From: Promethearchaeota archaeon
GTDB lineage: Archaea; Asgardarchaeota; Lokiarchaeia; Sigyniarchaeales; SOKP01
NCBI GenBank assembly: GCA_048938895.1
Contig: JBHLLU010000077.1
Span: 1 to 12,805, forward strand
Reading direction: 5' to 3'
Length of the DNA: 12,805 nt
Shown here: positions 1 through 7,053 of the stretch, one piece after another
How positions within the stretch are numbered: position 1 is the first letter of the stretch
Layout of the letters: the number at the start of each line of letters is the position of its first letter
Translations under genes and position numbers: made by a program
The notes under the pieces: model-generated
What the model was told of the DNA's origin: nothing
The model's input: only the letters and a program-made list of their open reading frames with translations
Databases searched by the model: none

Positions 1-101
1 TCATATTTTCCTATATAAAATAAACCAACAATCCTGCTATAAAGTACCTTCATCTTTTTTATTAACTTGTTCATTTCCGCTGGGTCTTCTTTTTTCATCA
101 T
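1..101 (-). CDS. 5' end of a gene running off the left edge (MMKKEDPAEMNKLIKKMKVLYSRIVGLFYIGKY...), possibly a TPR-like helical protein
   Basis: Manual translation: ATG at 101-99 (alternative ATG at 98-96), open to position 1. The amphipathic helix ending LFYIGKY(D/E) looks like the start of a TPR. Only 33 codons are visible. Confidence 0.45.
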   Translation of the reverse strand, partial: MMKKEDPAEMNKLIKKMKVLYSRIVGLFYIGKY

Positions 102-217
102 TTTATCTTGCCTAAGTAAGAATTATAGTGAAGGTACTCAAAAATAGTATGAAGAAGTAAATTCAATTCATGAAAATTATTCTATGATCAATCATTAAAT
201 GAATTATTAATTTGGTA

Positions 218-358
218 ATTAAATTCTATGATTTTTTAAAAGGAATTTCGAGAATAAAATTAGAATGCAAGATGATATAGGTTTTTGGAAATCTCGAATC
301 AGAATAACTCAAGCCCCAGAGTCTTTTATGCCTCAGTCTTTGTCCGAAGATTCAGTTC
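218..358. repeat. Copy 1 of a ~141-bp diverged direct repeat (pairs with 1307-1447)
   Basis: Ungapped manual alignment at offset 1089: 35 mismatches in 141 nt (~75% identity). The first 21 nt are identical (ATTAAATTCTATGATTTTTTA). Overlaps the TGA stop of the 357..1235 gene. Confidence 0.9.
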
Positions 359-1235
359 ATTTTTGCCATAGATTTAAGAACTTATTAATTTCTTCTATAA
401 TTTCCACCTTTGTATTTGTGTCTTCTAAGTTTATATTATTTTCAGTGCAAAATTGTTTTAAATCTCTTGTTATGTTGCTTTCAAGATCAGTTAAATTTAT
501 ACCCACTTTATTGCTTATAGTATAAGTTGCTTTTTGATCTTCAAGACCCATTTTAGAATTTTCATTAAAAGATTCTAATTCTATAGGAGAATTACCCATT
601 TTAATAATCATGATTAAGCTGTAGAATTTTGGTTTATTGTCAAAAGCACCACCACTGCCAACACTATTTATTGAAATACTGTGTTTATGTTTATTCATTG
701 TTAGTGCATGAATATGTCTTCCATCGCGTTCCATTACCTCATCACCTTTCCATTTACCCCTGTTTGGATCGTTAGCAAGCCCTGCATTCCAAAATCCTCC
801 AGCTAAAATTCCAGGGTTTGTTGCGAGTCTGTGTCTGTGATCTCCGTCAGGGTCAACTTCATGTTTATGTGCATCATAATCACAAACAGCTGTATGATTA
901 TGTACAGGCAAATTTTCTAATCTTAACGTAAGGGAATCAGTTCCACCTGTATTTCCAGAGGTGGTTTCACTTCTAATAAAGCAATCAATTAAATTTGGAG
1001 TAGAAACCTTACCGTTACAAACATACCAACCAGGCATTTTTATGGTATCTCCTTCTTCATCTCCTATTTGAGTTACTCGATCTCTTATATTAACAATACC
1101 ATTTCCATTGTACATCAAAACAGTCCCTATTGGAAGAACGTCTGTTATTATTCCGCCATTATCGGTTTGTAGAACCTCATCACAAATATCTTTAATCTTT
1201 ACTAAAGCTGAGTGATACGAATTTTCTTTCGCCAT
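357..1235 (-). CDS. Phage tail-collar / 'microcystin-dependent protein'-like fibre protein with five HxH motifs and a C-terminal SAP/Rho_N/HeH-like motif
   Basis: Collar-type motifs LPIGTVLMYNG, PGWYVCNG, TPNLIDCFIRS, GNTGG..L...NLP.HNH and GSGGAFDNKPKFYSLIMIIK. HxH motifs start at residues 112, 123, 133, 174 and 183. The C-terminus reads LESNITRDLKQFCTENNINLEDTNTKVEIIEEI. Confidence 0.8.
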   Translation of the reverse strand: MAKENSYHSALVKIKDICDEVLQTDNGGIITDVLPIGTVLMYNGNGIVNIRDRVTQIGDEEGDTIKMPGWYVCNGKVSTPNLIDCFIRSETTSGNTGGTDSLTLRLENLPVHNHTAVCDYDAHKHEVDPDGDHRHRLATNPGILAGGFWNAGLANDPNRGKWKGDEVMERDGRHIHALTMNKHKHSISINSVGSGGAFDNKPKFYSLIMIIKMGNSPIELESFNENSKMGLEDQKATYTISNKVGINLTDLESNITRDLKQFCTENNINLEDTNTKVEIIEEINKFLNLWQK

Positions 1236-1306
1236 AAATGTAAATAATATTTCTTTTTTTATATTGCTTTATCTTTTTTTATTTCGGGGATAATCCTCTT
1301 GATATT

Positions 1307-1447
1307 ATTAAATTCTATGATTTTTTATAGGGAATTTAGGAAATATTTGTAGAATACGAGATGAAGTAATTTTTTGGCGATCTCAAATAAGGATAACCCA
1401 CGCTCCAGAGCCATTTATCCCTCAGCAGACGTCTGAAAATGCGGTTC
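1307..1447. repeat. Copy 2 of the ~141-bp diverged direct repeat (pairs with 218-358)
   Basis: Same alignment as copy 1. Its left end (1307) lies 72 nt upstream of the start codon of the collar gene. Confidence 0.9.
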
Positions 1448-1760
1448 CTTTCTATCAAAAACGTGGGGATATCCGGTCCTCTCTTAACTGATGGTATACG
1501 ACGTGATTTTGAGGGCATCAATAAGCCAAAAGAAAGGAAAAAGAAGGATTATGAAGGGTTAGTCGAGAGTTATACTGAAGGCACTTCTAAATAGTATAGA
1601 AAGGTAATTTCAGCGTCTGATTTTAATGAAATTCCTTTGAAATAGAGAAAGAAAGTCAAGAATCAGTCAAAATTATTTAATAACATTAAATTTCAAATTT
1701 AAAATATAATCTTATTTCTAAACAAGGAATCTTTTAAAAAAATATGAAATTTCATGAAAT

Positions 1761-3998
1761 TTAATTCTGAGATAATTCTTTATAGATTTTCTCACGGAAT
1801 TTTAAAACAGTAGGATTATTGGGTTTAAACCTTAAACTTATGTTGCAGGCGGTAATTGCATTTCTGTATTCTTTTAAATCTAAATACACAACTGCAAGAT
1901 TAAAACTGGTTTGGTAGTTTTTGTAATTAATCTCCTTAGCTTTATTTAACACTTCAAGGGCTTTATTCAGATTTCCTTTATGACGATAAACCATAGCTAG
2001 TAGATTATATATTTGTTCAAATAAGGGATTTAATTCCAGACATTGTTTACAGATTTCTATACATTTGTCTAGCTCACCCTTTTCAAGGTAAATCGTTATA
2101 TATATTTCCCATAAATCTTCAAATTTGGAGTTTAATTTAAAACCTTTTTCACAAGTTTCAATAGCTTTCTCAAAATCTCCTTTTTTTTGGTACGTATTGG
2201 CTAGATTATAGATGATTCTATCATCAACAGAAAAAGGTAAGAATGAATGGGCTAAATTATCCGCCCAATTTGAATTAAACAATGGTTTTTTTGGCAAAGT
2301 TAAACCTTTTTCAAGCATCTCTATTGCTTTTTCATATTCCTCGAGATGACAATATACTGCGCCTAATCCATTCCAAGCGGGTTTTGAATCTGGATCAAGT
2401 TCGAGTACATGCTTAAAAGTATCTAAAGCATTTTCATACTGTTCTAAATTAACATATACAACCCCTATATTATTAAGCATAATAACATTTTCTGGATCTG
2501 TCTCTAATAACTTCTTAAAAAGTCTTAAGGCGTTATCATATTCACCATTTTGGAGAGATCGAACAGCAGAAAATGAATCTGTGGGGCTTATAATTTTATT
2601 AATAGATCCAAATCCTAAGAGAAAAATTAGGAATATCCCAAAGAGAAATATTGCTATAAATATTCCTAAAATGTATGAAACAGGTACGTCTTCCTTAACC
2701 ACATTAATATAGGAAAAAAATAAGGGAATACTAAAAATTACTAGTGTTGAACCATAAACCTGTCTAAATCTCTCCTGAGAAATTGATAATTTTTTCCCAG
2801 ATTTTAACATTTTTTTAAACCTATAAAGTGTTACAAGGGAAATTCCTAGAAACAAAACAAACGCTATAATAAATAGTAAATCCATAAAACTCATGGTTAT
2901 AAAAACTTCTAAGAAATACCCAAACATGATTAGGAGATTAAATGGGATAAAAAAAGTTGCTGAAGGAATAAAGATTGGATATAACGGGTTTATTCCTTCT
3001 TTGATAATCCCTTTATCAAACGGTCGGGATATTATCAAAAAATTTGCCCCAAGGGATATTATAAAAGAACATACAATAACAGAGGATATTGATATTAATG
3101 TTCTTAAATTATTATTATCCCAATTATCAATATAGAAAATACTTAGTGTATAAAAGACGTTGATAATAATAATACCTAGAATTATAAAGGAACCACCTAA
3201 TATTTGTTTCTTTAAGTTTGGATAGACAATTCTTTTTTCAGAATAGCAAATTCTAACACTTTTATTTAATCGTTTAATCTCTACTATCGCTATTATCATT
3301 CCGAGAGATAACATAGCTATCATTATAAAACAAAAAATTAAAGCAAAATTAAATTTAGATTCTAATAAAAAAGCGAAATATATATAACTTAGAATAAGCA
3401 GAAGCATAATGGACATTACTATTAAGGCAAGAATATTAGCAGGAAATCTATTACCCCTGCGTTTATATTCTTCAGAGATGTTCTTCACGTCAATTAAATT
3501 ATCTGGACTTCGCATCTTACTTATTTTTTGAATTGATCCCCCTTTTATTGAATTCATAAAGGAATTCGTTAAATTTAGGGAAATAATTGAACTTTTTTTG
3601 ATATTTATATGAAATGACGATTTAAGGTACAAATATTGAACATTTACGTCCGTAAGGAATGTGTCTGTTGATCTAAGAATTGACAAATCGTTGAACTGGC
3701 AACCATTAAAGGATATATTCTCACAATTTTTAATTTTGAAAGAATAAAAGGTGCATTGATTAAACTTAATATAAAGATTAGAATCCTTTATTAAAATATT
3801 GTAGTCTTCTGGAAATGGGTGGGGAGAGCTAACAATAAAAGGATCAATCTCAGTACCACTCCCTTTCCAATTTTGTTCGACTGATAATTTTTTTAAATCC
3901 TGTTCTAAGTAACGCATCGTTTTCTCTTTCAACCCAGTTTTTTTAACAAAAGGTAAGGAGTCTACAATTTCTTCCAAATCTTTTTCATTAACTCTCAT
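1761..3998 (-). CDS. Membrane protein: N-terminal GxGTxxDP-capped beta-helix domain, about 8 TM helices, C-terminal TPR array
   Basis: KGSGTEIDPFIV is followed by ~20-aa repeats (FKIKNCENISFNGCQF). Four hydrophobic helix pairs lie at about aa 188-240, 267-325, 340-392 and 415-465. Classic TPR motifs follow from aa ~475 (GEYDNALRLFKKLLETDPEN, AWNGLGAVY, YNLANTYQKKGDFEKAIE, SFNLAVVY). RBS GGAGTGA lies upstream. Confidence 0.9.
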   Translation of the reverse strand: MRVNEKDLEEIVDSLPFVKKTGLKEKTMRYLEQDLKKLSVEQNWKGSGTEIDPFIVSSPHPFPEDYNILIKDSNLYIKFNQCTFYSFKIKNCENISFNGCQFNDLSILRSTDTFLTDVNVQYLYLKSSFHINIKKSSIISLNLTNSFMNSIKGGSIQKISKMRSPDNLIDVKNISEEYKRRGNRFPANILALIVMSIMLLLILSYIYFAFLLESKFNFALIFCFIMIAMLSLGMIIAIVEIKRLNKSVRICYSEKRIVYPNLKKQILGGSFIILGIIIINVFYTLSIFYIDNWDNNNLRTLISISSVIVCSFIISLGANFLIISRPFDKGIIKEGINPLYPIFIPSATFFIPFNLLIMFGYFLEVFITMSFMDLLFIIAFVLFLGISLVTLYRFKKMLKSGKKLSISQERFRQVYGSTLVIFSIPLFFSYINVVKEDVPVSYILGIFIAIFLFGIFLIFLLGFGSINKIISPTDSFSAVRSLQNGEYDNALRLFKKLLETDPENVIMLNNIGVVYVNLEQYENALDTFKHVLELDPDSKPAWNGLGAVYCHLEEYEKAIEMLEKGLTLPKKPLFNSNWADNLAHSFLPFSVDDRIIYNLANTYQKKGDFEKAIETCEKGFKLNSKFEDLWEIYITIYLEKGELDKCIEICKQCLELNPLFEQIYNLLAMVYRHKGNLNKALEVLNKAKEINYKNYQTSFNLAVVYLDLKEYRNAITACNISLRFKPNNPTVLKFREKIYKELSQN

Positions 3999-4004
3999 AA
4001 TAAT

Positions 4005-4011
4005 TCACTCC
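4005..4011 (-). promoter_or_regulatory. Shine-Dalgarno-like site GGAGTGA for 1761..3998
   Basis: Reverse complement of TCACTCC, 6 nt before the ATG. Confidence 0.6.
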
Positions 4012-4218
4012 GTTGTTTTATGCAGCATAATGAATTTTATTAGATTGATATTGTTTTTGTCTTTTTATTCGTTATTATTAGCTGTTTTATAAATTTATTC
4101 AATAATGATTATACACAAATGTTAAATATTTATTATTAATTCTAATTGATGTAAGTTACAGTTATTTGGCGAAATTTAAAGAAAAAATTGGAAATTTGAT
4201 ATAAATCCAAATTTAAAA

Positions 4219-4224
4219 AGGAGG
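4219..4224 (+). promoter_or_regulatory. Shine-Dalgarno AGGAGG for 4233..4490
   Basis: Consensus AGGAGG with an 8-nt spacer to the ATG at 4233. Confidence 0.75.
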
Positions 4225-4232
4225 ATTATATT

Positions 4233-4490
4233 ATGAGCAAATTAGAGGCGTTAAAAAAAAAATTACCAGTGGCAAAAAAATTAGAAGAGGTAGATATTGA
4301 TTTATTAAGAGATTTGGGGAAAGTTTTTGAGGAGTATGGTTATAAAGGGAGTATAGAACGAATAACAGTTGTTATGCCCCCGAAATCTTTAAATCCAATG
4401 GCAGGTATTAATTGTTGGCAATTCTGTTTTACTGGACCAAGGGGAGAGGTTATTTGTACCTGGGAATGTTGGAGAAAAGGTGAAGGTTGA
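4233..4490 (+). CDS. 85-aa protein with a charged helical N-terminus and a C-terminal CxxxC-x9-CxxxC Cys/Trp-rich segment (peptide-precursor-like or small metal-binding protein)
   Basis: Strong SD, isolated ORF between AT-rich flanks, T10 tract downstream. Core sequence CWQFCFTGPRGEVICTWECW. Confidence 0.8.
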   Translation: MSKLEALKKKLPVAKKLEEVDIDLLRDLGKVFEEYGYKGSIERITVVMPPKSLNPMAGINCWQFCFTGPRGEVICTWECWRKGEG

Positions 4491-4531
4491 TTAATATAAA
4501 TTTATTTAAATTTTATAAAATATCTAATTCC

Positions 4532-4541
4532 TTTTTTTTTT
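4532..4541 (+). terminator. Oligo-T (T10) archaeal-type terminator candidate
   Basis: T10 run about 40 nt downstream of the 4490 stop, in a convergent intergenic gap. Confidence 0.45.
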
Positions 4542-4594
4542 AATCAGAATGTTAAATAATCCTTATTAATCAAAACATAGAGAAGTTTCTAAAT

Positions 4595-6133
4595 TTAATC
4601 ACTATAAGGTTTTGGATCTCTCCTAGAACTAAACTCTTGAAGATTATTAAGGATATCTGTCCTAATTTCTTCACATTTTTCATGTTGAGAAATCAAATAC
4701 TTTTTATCTAAATCTTCCAAGCAACTTCCAATTAACCAAGCACTACATGTAACGAAATTACCTGGTTTAACATCTTCTTGCACCCTTCTATAATCTGCTA
4801 CTACATCAATTTCAATTCCGTGAGATTCAATTTTAAATAAGTAGAAGTGTAATTTTGTGATGGGATTTAGTTCTTTTTTTATACTCTTTATGACTCCATT
4901 AAAGAGAGCGCTAGATTGTGGAGGTTGATTAAGAATATCTGCAAATAAACCTGTGGGAATAAAAGATTTGGAAGCAAACCCAGGTTTAAGTTCTAAGGAA
5001 TTGGTTTCTCCTGTCTTAGGGTCAAAAACTCTTGTTGTCAATGGTTTGTCAGTTTGATATTTGGACTCTTGCGATTTTAATAATTGTTCTTCTGTTTCAA
5101 AAAATTCAATTGTATCAGCAAATGCAGTTATTGAAAAACTATATACTTTTTTCATATCGATGTACCTTACCAGAGCAAAATCAGGAACATCGAAACAGAA
5201 CCGGAAAATTGTATTAGTAAAATCGATCTTGTTATCGGATGTATAAGCAGATTTTTCTGAATCTAATAGAGTCGCTGTAAATCCTCCTTCATATCTCCAT
5301 TCAATATTTTGCTTAGGGCTTTCCAAGACTATTGTTGATTTATTGTGAGCTCGAAAATAGGGAGTTCCTGCTTCAACATAATATTTCTTGTTAATTGCAA
5401 TCCAATATTCTATGTTATTTCCATAATTTTTAACAAAATAATATCCGCCTAAATTTGGTACTTGGTAAATTGTTCCTGTTTTAATAATATTCAATATACT
5501 ACTCTTATATAATTCAGGGGTGAGAATTATTCCAATTGCTGAAAAATGAGAACCGGCCATGGTTTTTACATCAATTATCTTATCAATTTCTTCTCTCTTA
5601 TCCATGTCAATTATTTGTGGTTGACGAGATATCTGCCCTAAATCAATTTTACTCTTCTCTAATTTATTAAGTTCTGGATTTTTTGCATCATACCAAGAAC
5701 GGAGTTCATAAGAACCGACGTCAATTCCTATAAGGTCATCTTTCTTAATTTTATATTCCTTTATTTCATTTGGATCTAATAAAATAATATCGTTAAACAC
5801 TTCAATTGCATGAAAATAATCTTCTAAAAATATATCATTGATGTGATTAAGAAATAAAGGATCAATCGAACAGGGGCCTTTGTAAATCCCTTCAATTCGG
5901 TTTGAGGTTAGTAAATTTTTTGATTTTTTTTTTTTTTTACTAAAATTGCTTAGCTCAAAGGCAGATATTAAACATTCTATATCCTTATTAATATGGTTCC
6001 GTATTTCTAATAGAGGAGGTTCGACAAAAATCTCTATTTCCTCTCTTCTATCAGTTTGTCCTTTAATCAAAAAGGTATAGCTTATATCAGCAAATCTTTC
6101 TCCAATTTCAACATGATTTATTTTTATTTTCAT
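4595..6133 (-). CDS. Two-domain hypothetical protein: N-terminal ~150-aa beta-rich domain (candidate immunity domain) plus a C-terminal domain resembling DUF3881-like uncharacterised proteins
   Basis: 512-aa ORF whose start overlaps the upstream stop (ATGA at 6130-6133). From M192 (nt 5560) the motifs SHFSAIG, FCFDVPDF, ITAFA, FASKSFIPTGLF, NPITKLHFY, IDVVAD and AWLIG resemble, from memory, a DUF3881-related family. Not verified by search. Confidence 0.8.
   Translation of the reverse strand: MKIKINHVEIGERFADISYTFLIKGQTDRREEIEIFVEPPLLEIRNHINKDIECLISAFELSNFSKKKKKSKNLLTSNRIEGIYKGPCSIDPLFLNHINDIFLEDYFHAIEVFNDIILLDPNEIKEYKIKKDDLIGIDVGSYELRSWYDAKNPELNKLEKSKIDLGQISRQPQIIDMDKREEIDKIIDVKTMAGSHFSAIGIILTPELYKSSILNIIKTGTIYQVPNLGGYYFVKNYGNNIEYWIAINKKYYVEAGTPYFRAHNKSTIVLESPKQNIEWRYEGGFTATLLDSEKSAYTSDNKIDFTNTIFRFCFDVPDFALVRYIDMKKVYSFSITAFADTIEFFETEEQLLKSQESKYQTDKPLTTRVFDPKTGETNSLELKPGFASKSFIPTGLFADILNQPPQSSALFNGVIKSIKKELNPITKLHFYLFKIESHGIEIDVVADYRRVQEDVKPGNFVTCSAWLIGSCLEDLDKKYLISQHEKCEEIRTDILNNLQEFSSRRDPKPYSD
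5924..5938 (-). repeat. A15 homopolymer (coding strand) encoding KKKKK within 4595..6133
   Basis: Fifteen consecutive T on the + strand. The current length keeps the reading frame. Confidence 0.9.
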
Positions 6134-6666
6134 CTTAAATTACTTTTAATTTTGTAAATATGTGCTTTATTTGGATCAAATGAGTTGAAATATTCAGAGC
6201 CTTTATTAGACTTATAAGCATTAATTACAGCACCTTTTTGACTTATAATAACTCTAATATATCTAAGTGTATTATTGATTCTAACTCTATATATTGGATA
6301 CCCTCCTTTAACTTGTAATCCAAATTTATCTGGATTACCATCAGGATTATCCATTGTCTCAAGTAAAAAATCTGCAAATGACCTAGGATCTTTTAAACCC
6401 CATTTTATAAGGTCATCCCTACTGATTCCATGAAAAAAATGTAATAAGCCATAACCTTTCCCTTTAGATTTTAATTGGTGGTTATGCTCTCCTAAAGGCA
6501 TAAAAACTATTCTTTCCATTTTATTGAATAATGAGACTTTATCATCATTAGGATGTTTCTCATTCAGATTTTCTATAATATAGGTTTTAACTACACCAAT
6601 CAATTTTTCTTCATCAAATTCAATACCATCTGTAATCTTCATTTTGTCTTTTGCTCTAAATAACAA
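6130..6666 (-). CDS. Orphan polymorphic-toxin-like C-terminal domain, probable BECR/EndoU-type RNase. The true start may be the ATG at 6642.
   Basis: The motif order DGIEFDEEKLIGV / IVFMPLG / GYGLLHFFHG / DLIKWGL / GLQVKGGYPIYRV / YIRVIISQKGAVINAY parallels CdiA/Rhs/LXG toxin tips of the type GVKFTPENVV / IIFLEKG / GLQHI..HG / GYQG..RPIYE / IAVTVGSNGYVVGAN (recalled, not searched). Confidence 0.65.
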   Translation of the reverse strand: MLFRAKDKMKITDGIEFDEEKLIGVVKTYIIENLNEKHPNDDKVSLFNKMERIVFMPLGEHNHQLKSKGKGYGLLHFFHGISRDDLIKWGLKDPRSFADFLLETMDNPDGNPDKFGLQVKGGYPIYRVRINNTLRYIRVIISQKGAVINAYKSNKGSEYFNSFDPNKAHIYKIKSNLR

Positions 6667-6998
6667 AAATATACTATGCAGTTATTTCATTTATATTATT
6701 TTAAATTCAATAAATAAATTATGTTTTTTCTTAATGATTATTTAACTTCTTAATAAGTAAAGCAGGTCAGTCATATCGAACATCATTGAGAGATAAAATA
6801 GAAGGTGCTGTTGTGGAAGGGAAAGAGATTATTGTTTATAAAGACTCTCTTTACGATATTGTTCGTAATTTGGAATCTAAAAATAAGAAATAAAGAATAG
6901 CTTTCTTATCTCAAATTTGTTTACCAAATAAAATGAATTATTGAAGAATGAGAGGAGGAAAGAAACTTTTCATTAATCCTTAGTTGATCGCAATTTTT

Positions 6999-7032
6999 AT
7001 ATATCTAGATATATCTGTATATACAAATATAT
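6999..7032. promoter_or_regulatory. Two overlapping palindromes upstream of the 7054 gene cluster (possible operator or promoter)
   Basis: Perfect 16-bp ATATATCTAGATATAT (6999-7014) and near-perfect 24-bp ATATATCTGTATATACAAATATAT (7009-7032). Confidence 0.4.
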
Positions 7033-7053
7033 ATTAAATAAATGATTTGATAT

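Noticed and set aside
82-93. GGGTCTTCTTTT matching the KEDP-encoding DNA of the solenoid caps
   Set aside because: Only 12 nt, and the surrounding peptide lacks GxGT and the coil repeats, so it is probably coincidental.
219-359. Selenocysteine read-through of the collar gene TGA, or a SECIS element
   Set aside because: The continuing frame has further TGAs at positions not all shared between the copies, copy 2 has an in-frame TAG, and I could not identify a SECIS core conserved in both copies.
302-361. Canonical integron attC site
   Set aside because: The AAC...GTT triplets are present, but the flanks do not fit RYYYAAC/GTTRRRY on either strand and no integrase is visible. Kept only as a structural analogy.
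265-525. ORF + 86 aa, and the matching frame in repeat copy 2 (RIRDEVIFWRSQIRITHAPEPFIPQ)
   Set aside because: Mostly antisense to the collar gene, and copy 2 has no ATG at the equivalent position. Mismatches between the copies split 10/10/15 over codon positions 1/2/3, only a weak coding signal, so base-pair covariation explains the conservation better. A transposase relic is not fully excluded.
218-1447. Repeat pair as a DGR template/variable repeat
   Set aside because: Mismatches are not confined to adenines on either strand (C/T, G/C and G/T changes are present), the copies lie almost entirely outside coding sequence, and there is no reverse transcriptase in the window.
1336-1594. ORF 1336..1521 (-) and a 51-aa ORF 1439..1594 (+)
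   Set aside because: Short, overlapping the repeat, with no RBS or recognisable motif.
1747-1762. Perfect 16-bp palindrome AAATTTCATGAAATTT at the stop codon of the TPR gene
   Set aside because: Almost all A/T and single copy. It could be a terminator element but cannot be distinguished from chance.
2893-3135. ORF + 80 aa
   Set aside because: Antisense shadow of the TM region of 1761..3998.
5032-5246. ORFs 5032..5217 and 5061..5246 (+)
   Set aside because: Antisense shadows within 4595..6133.
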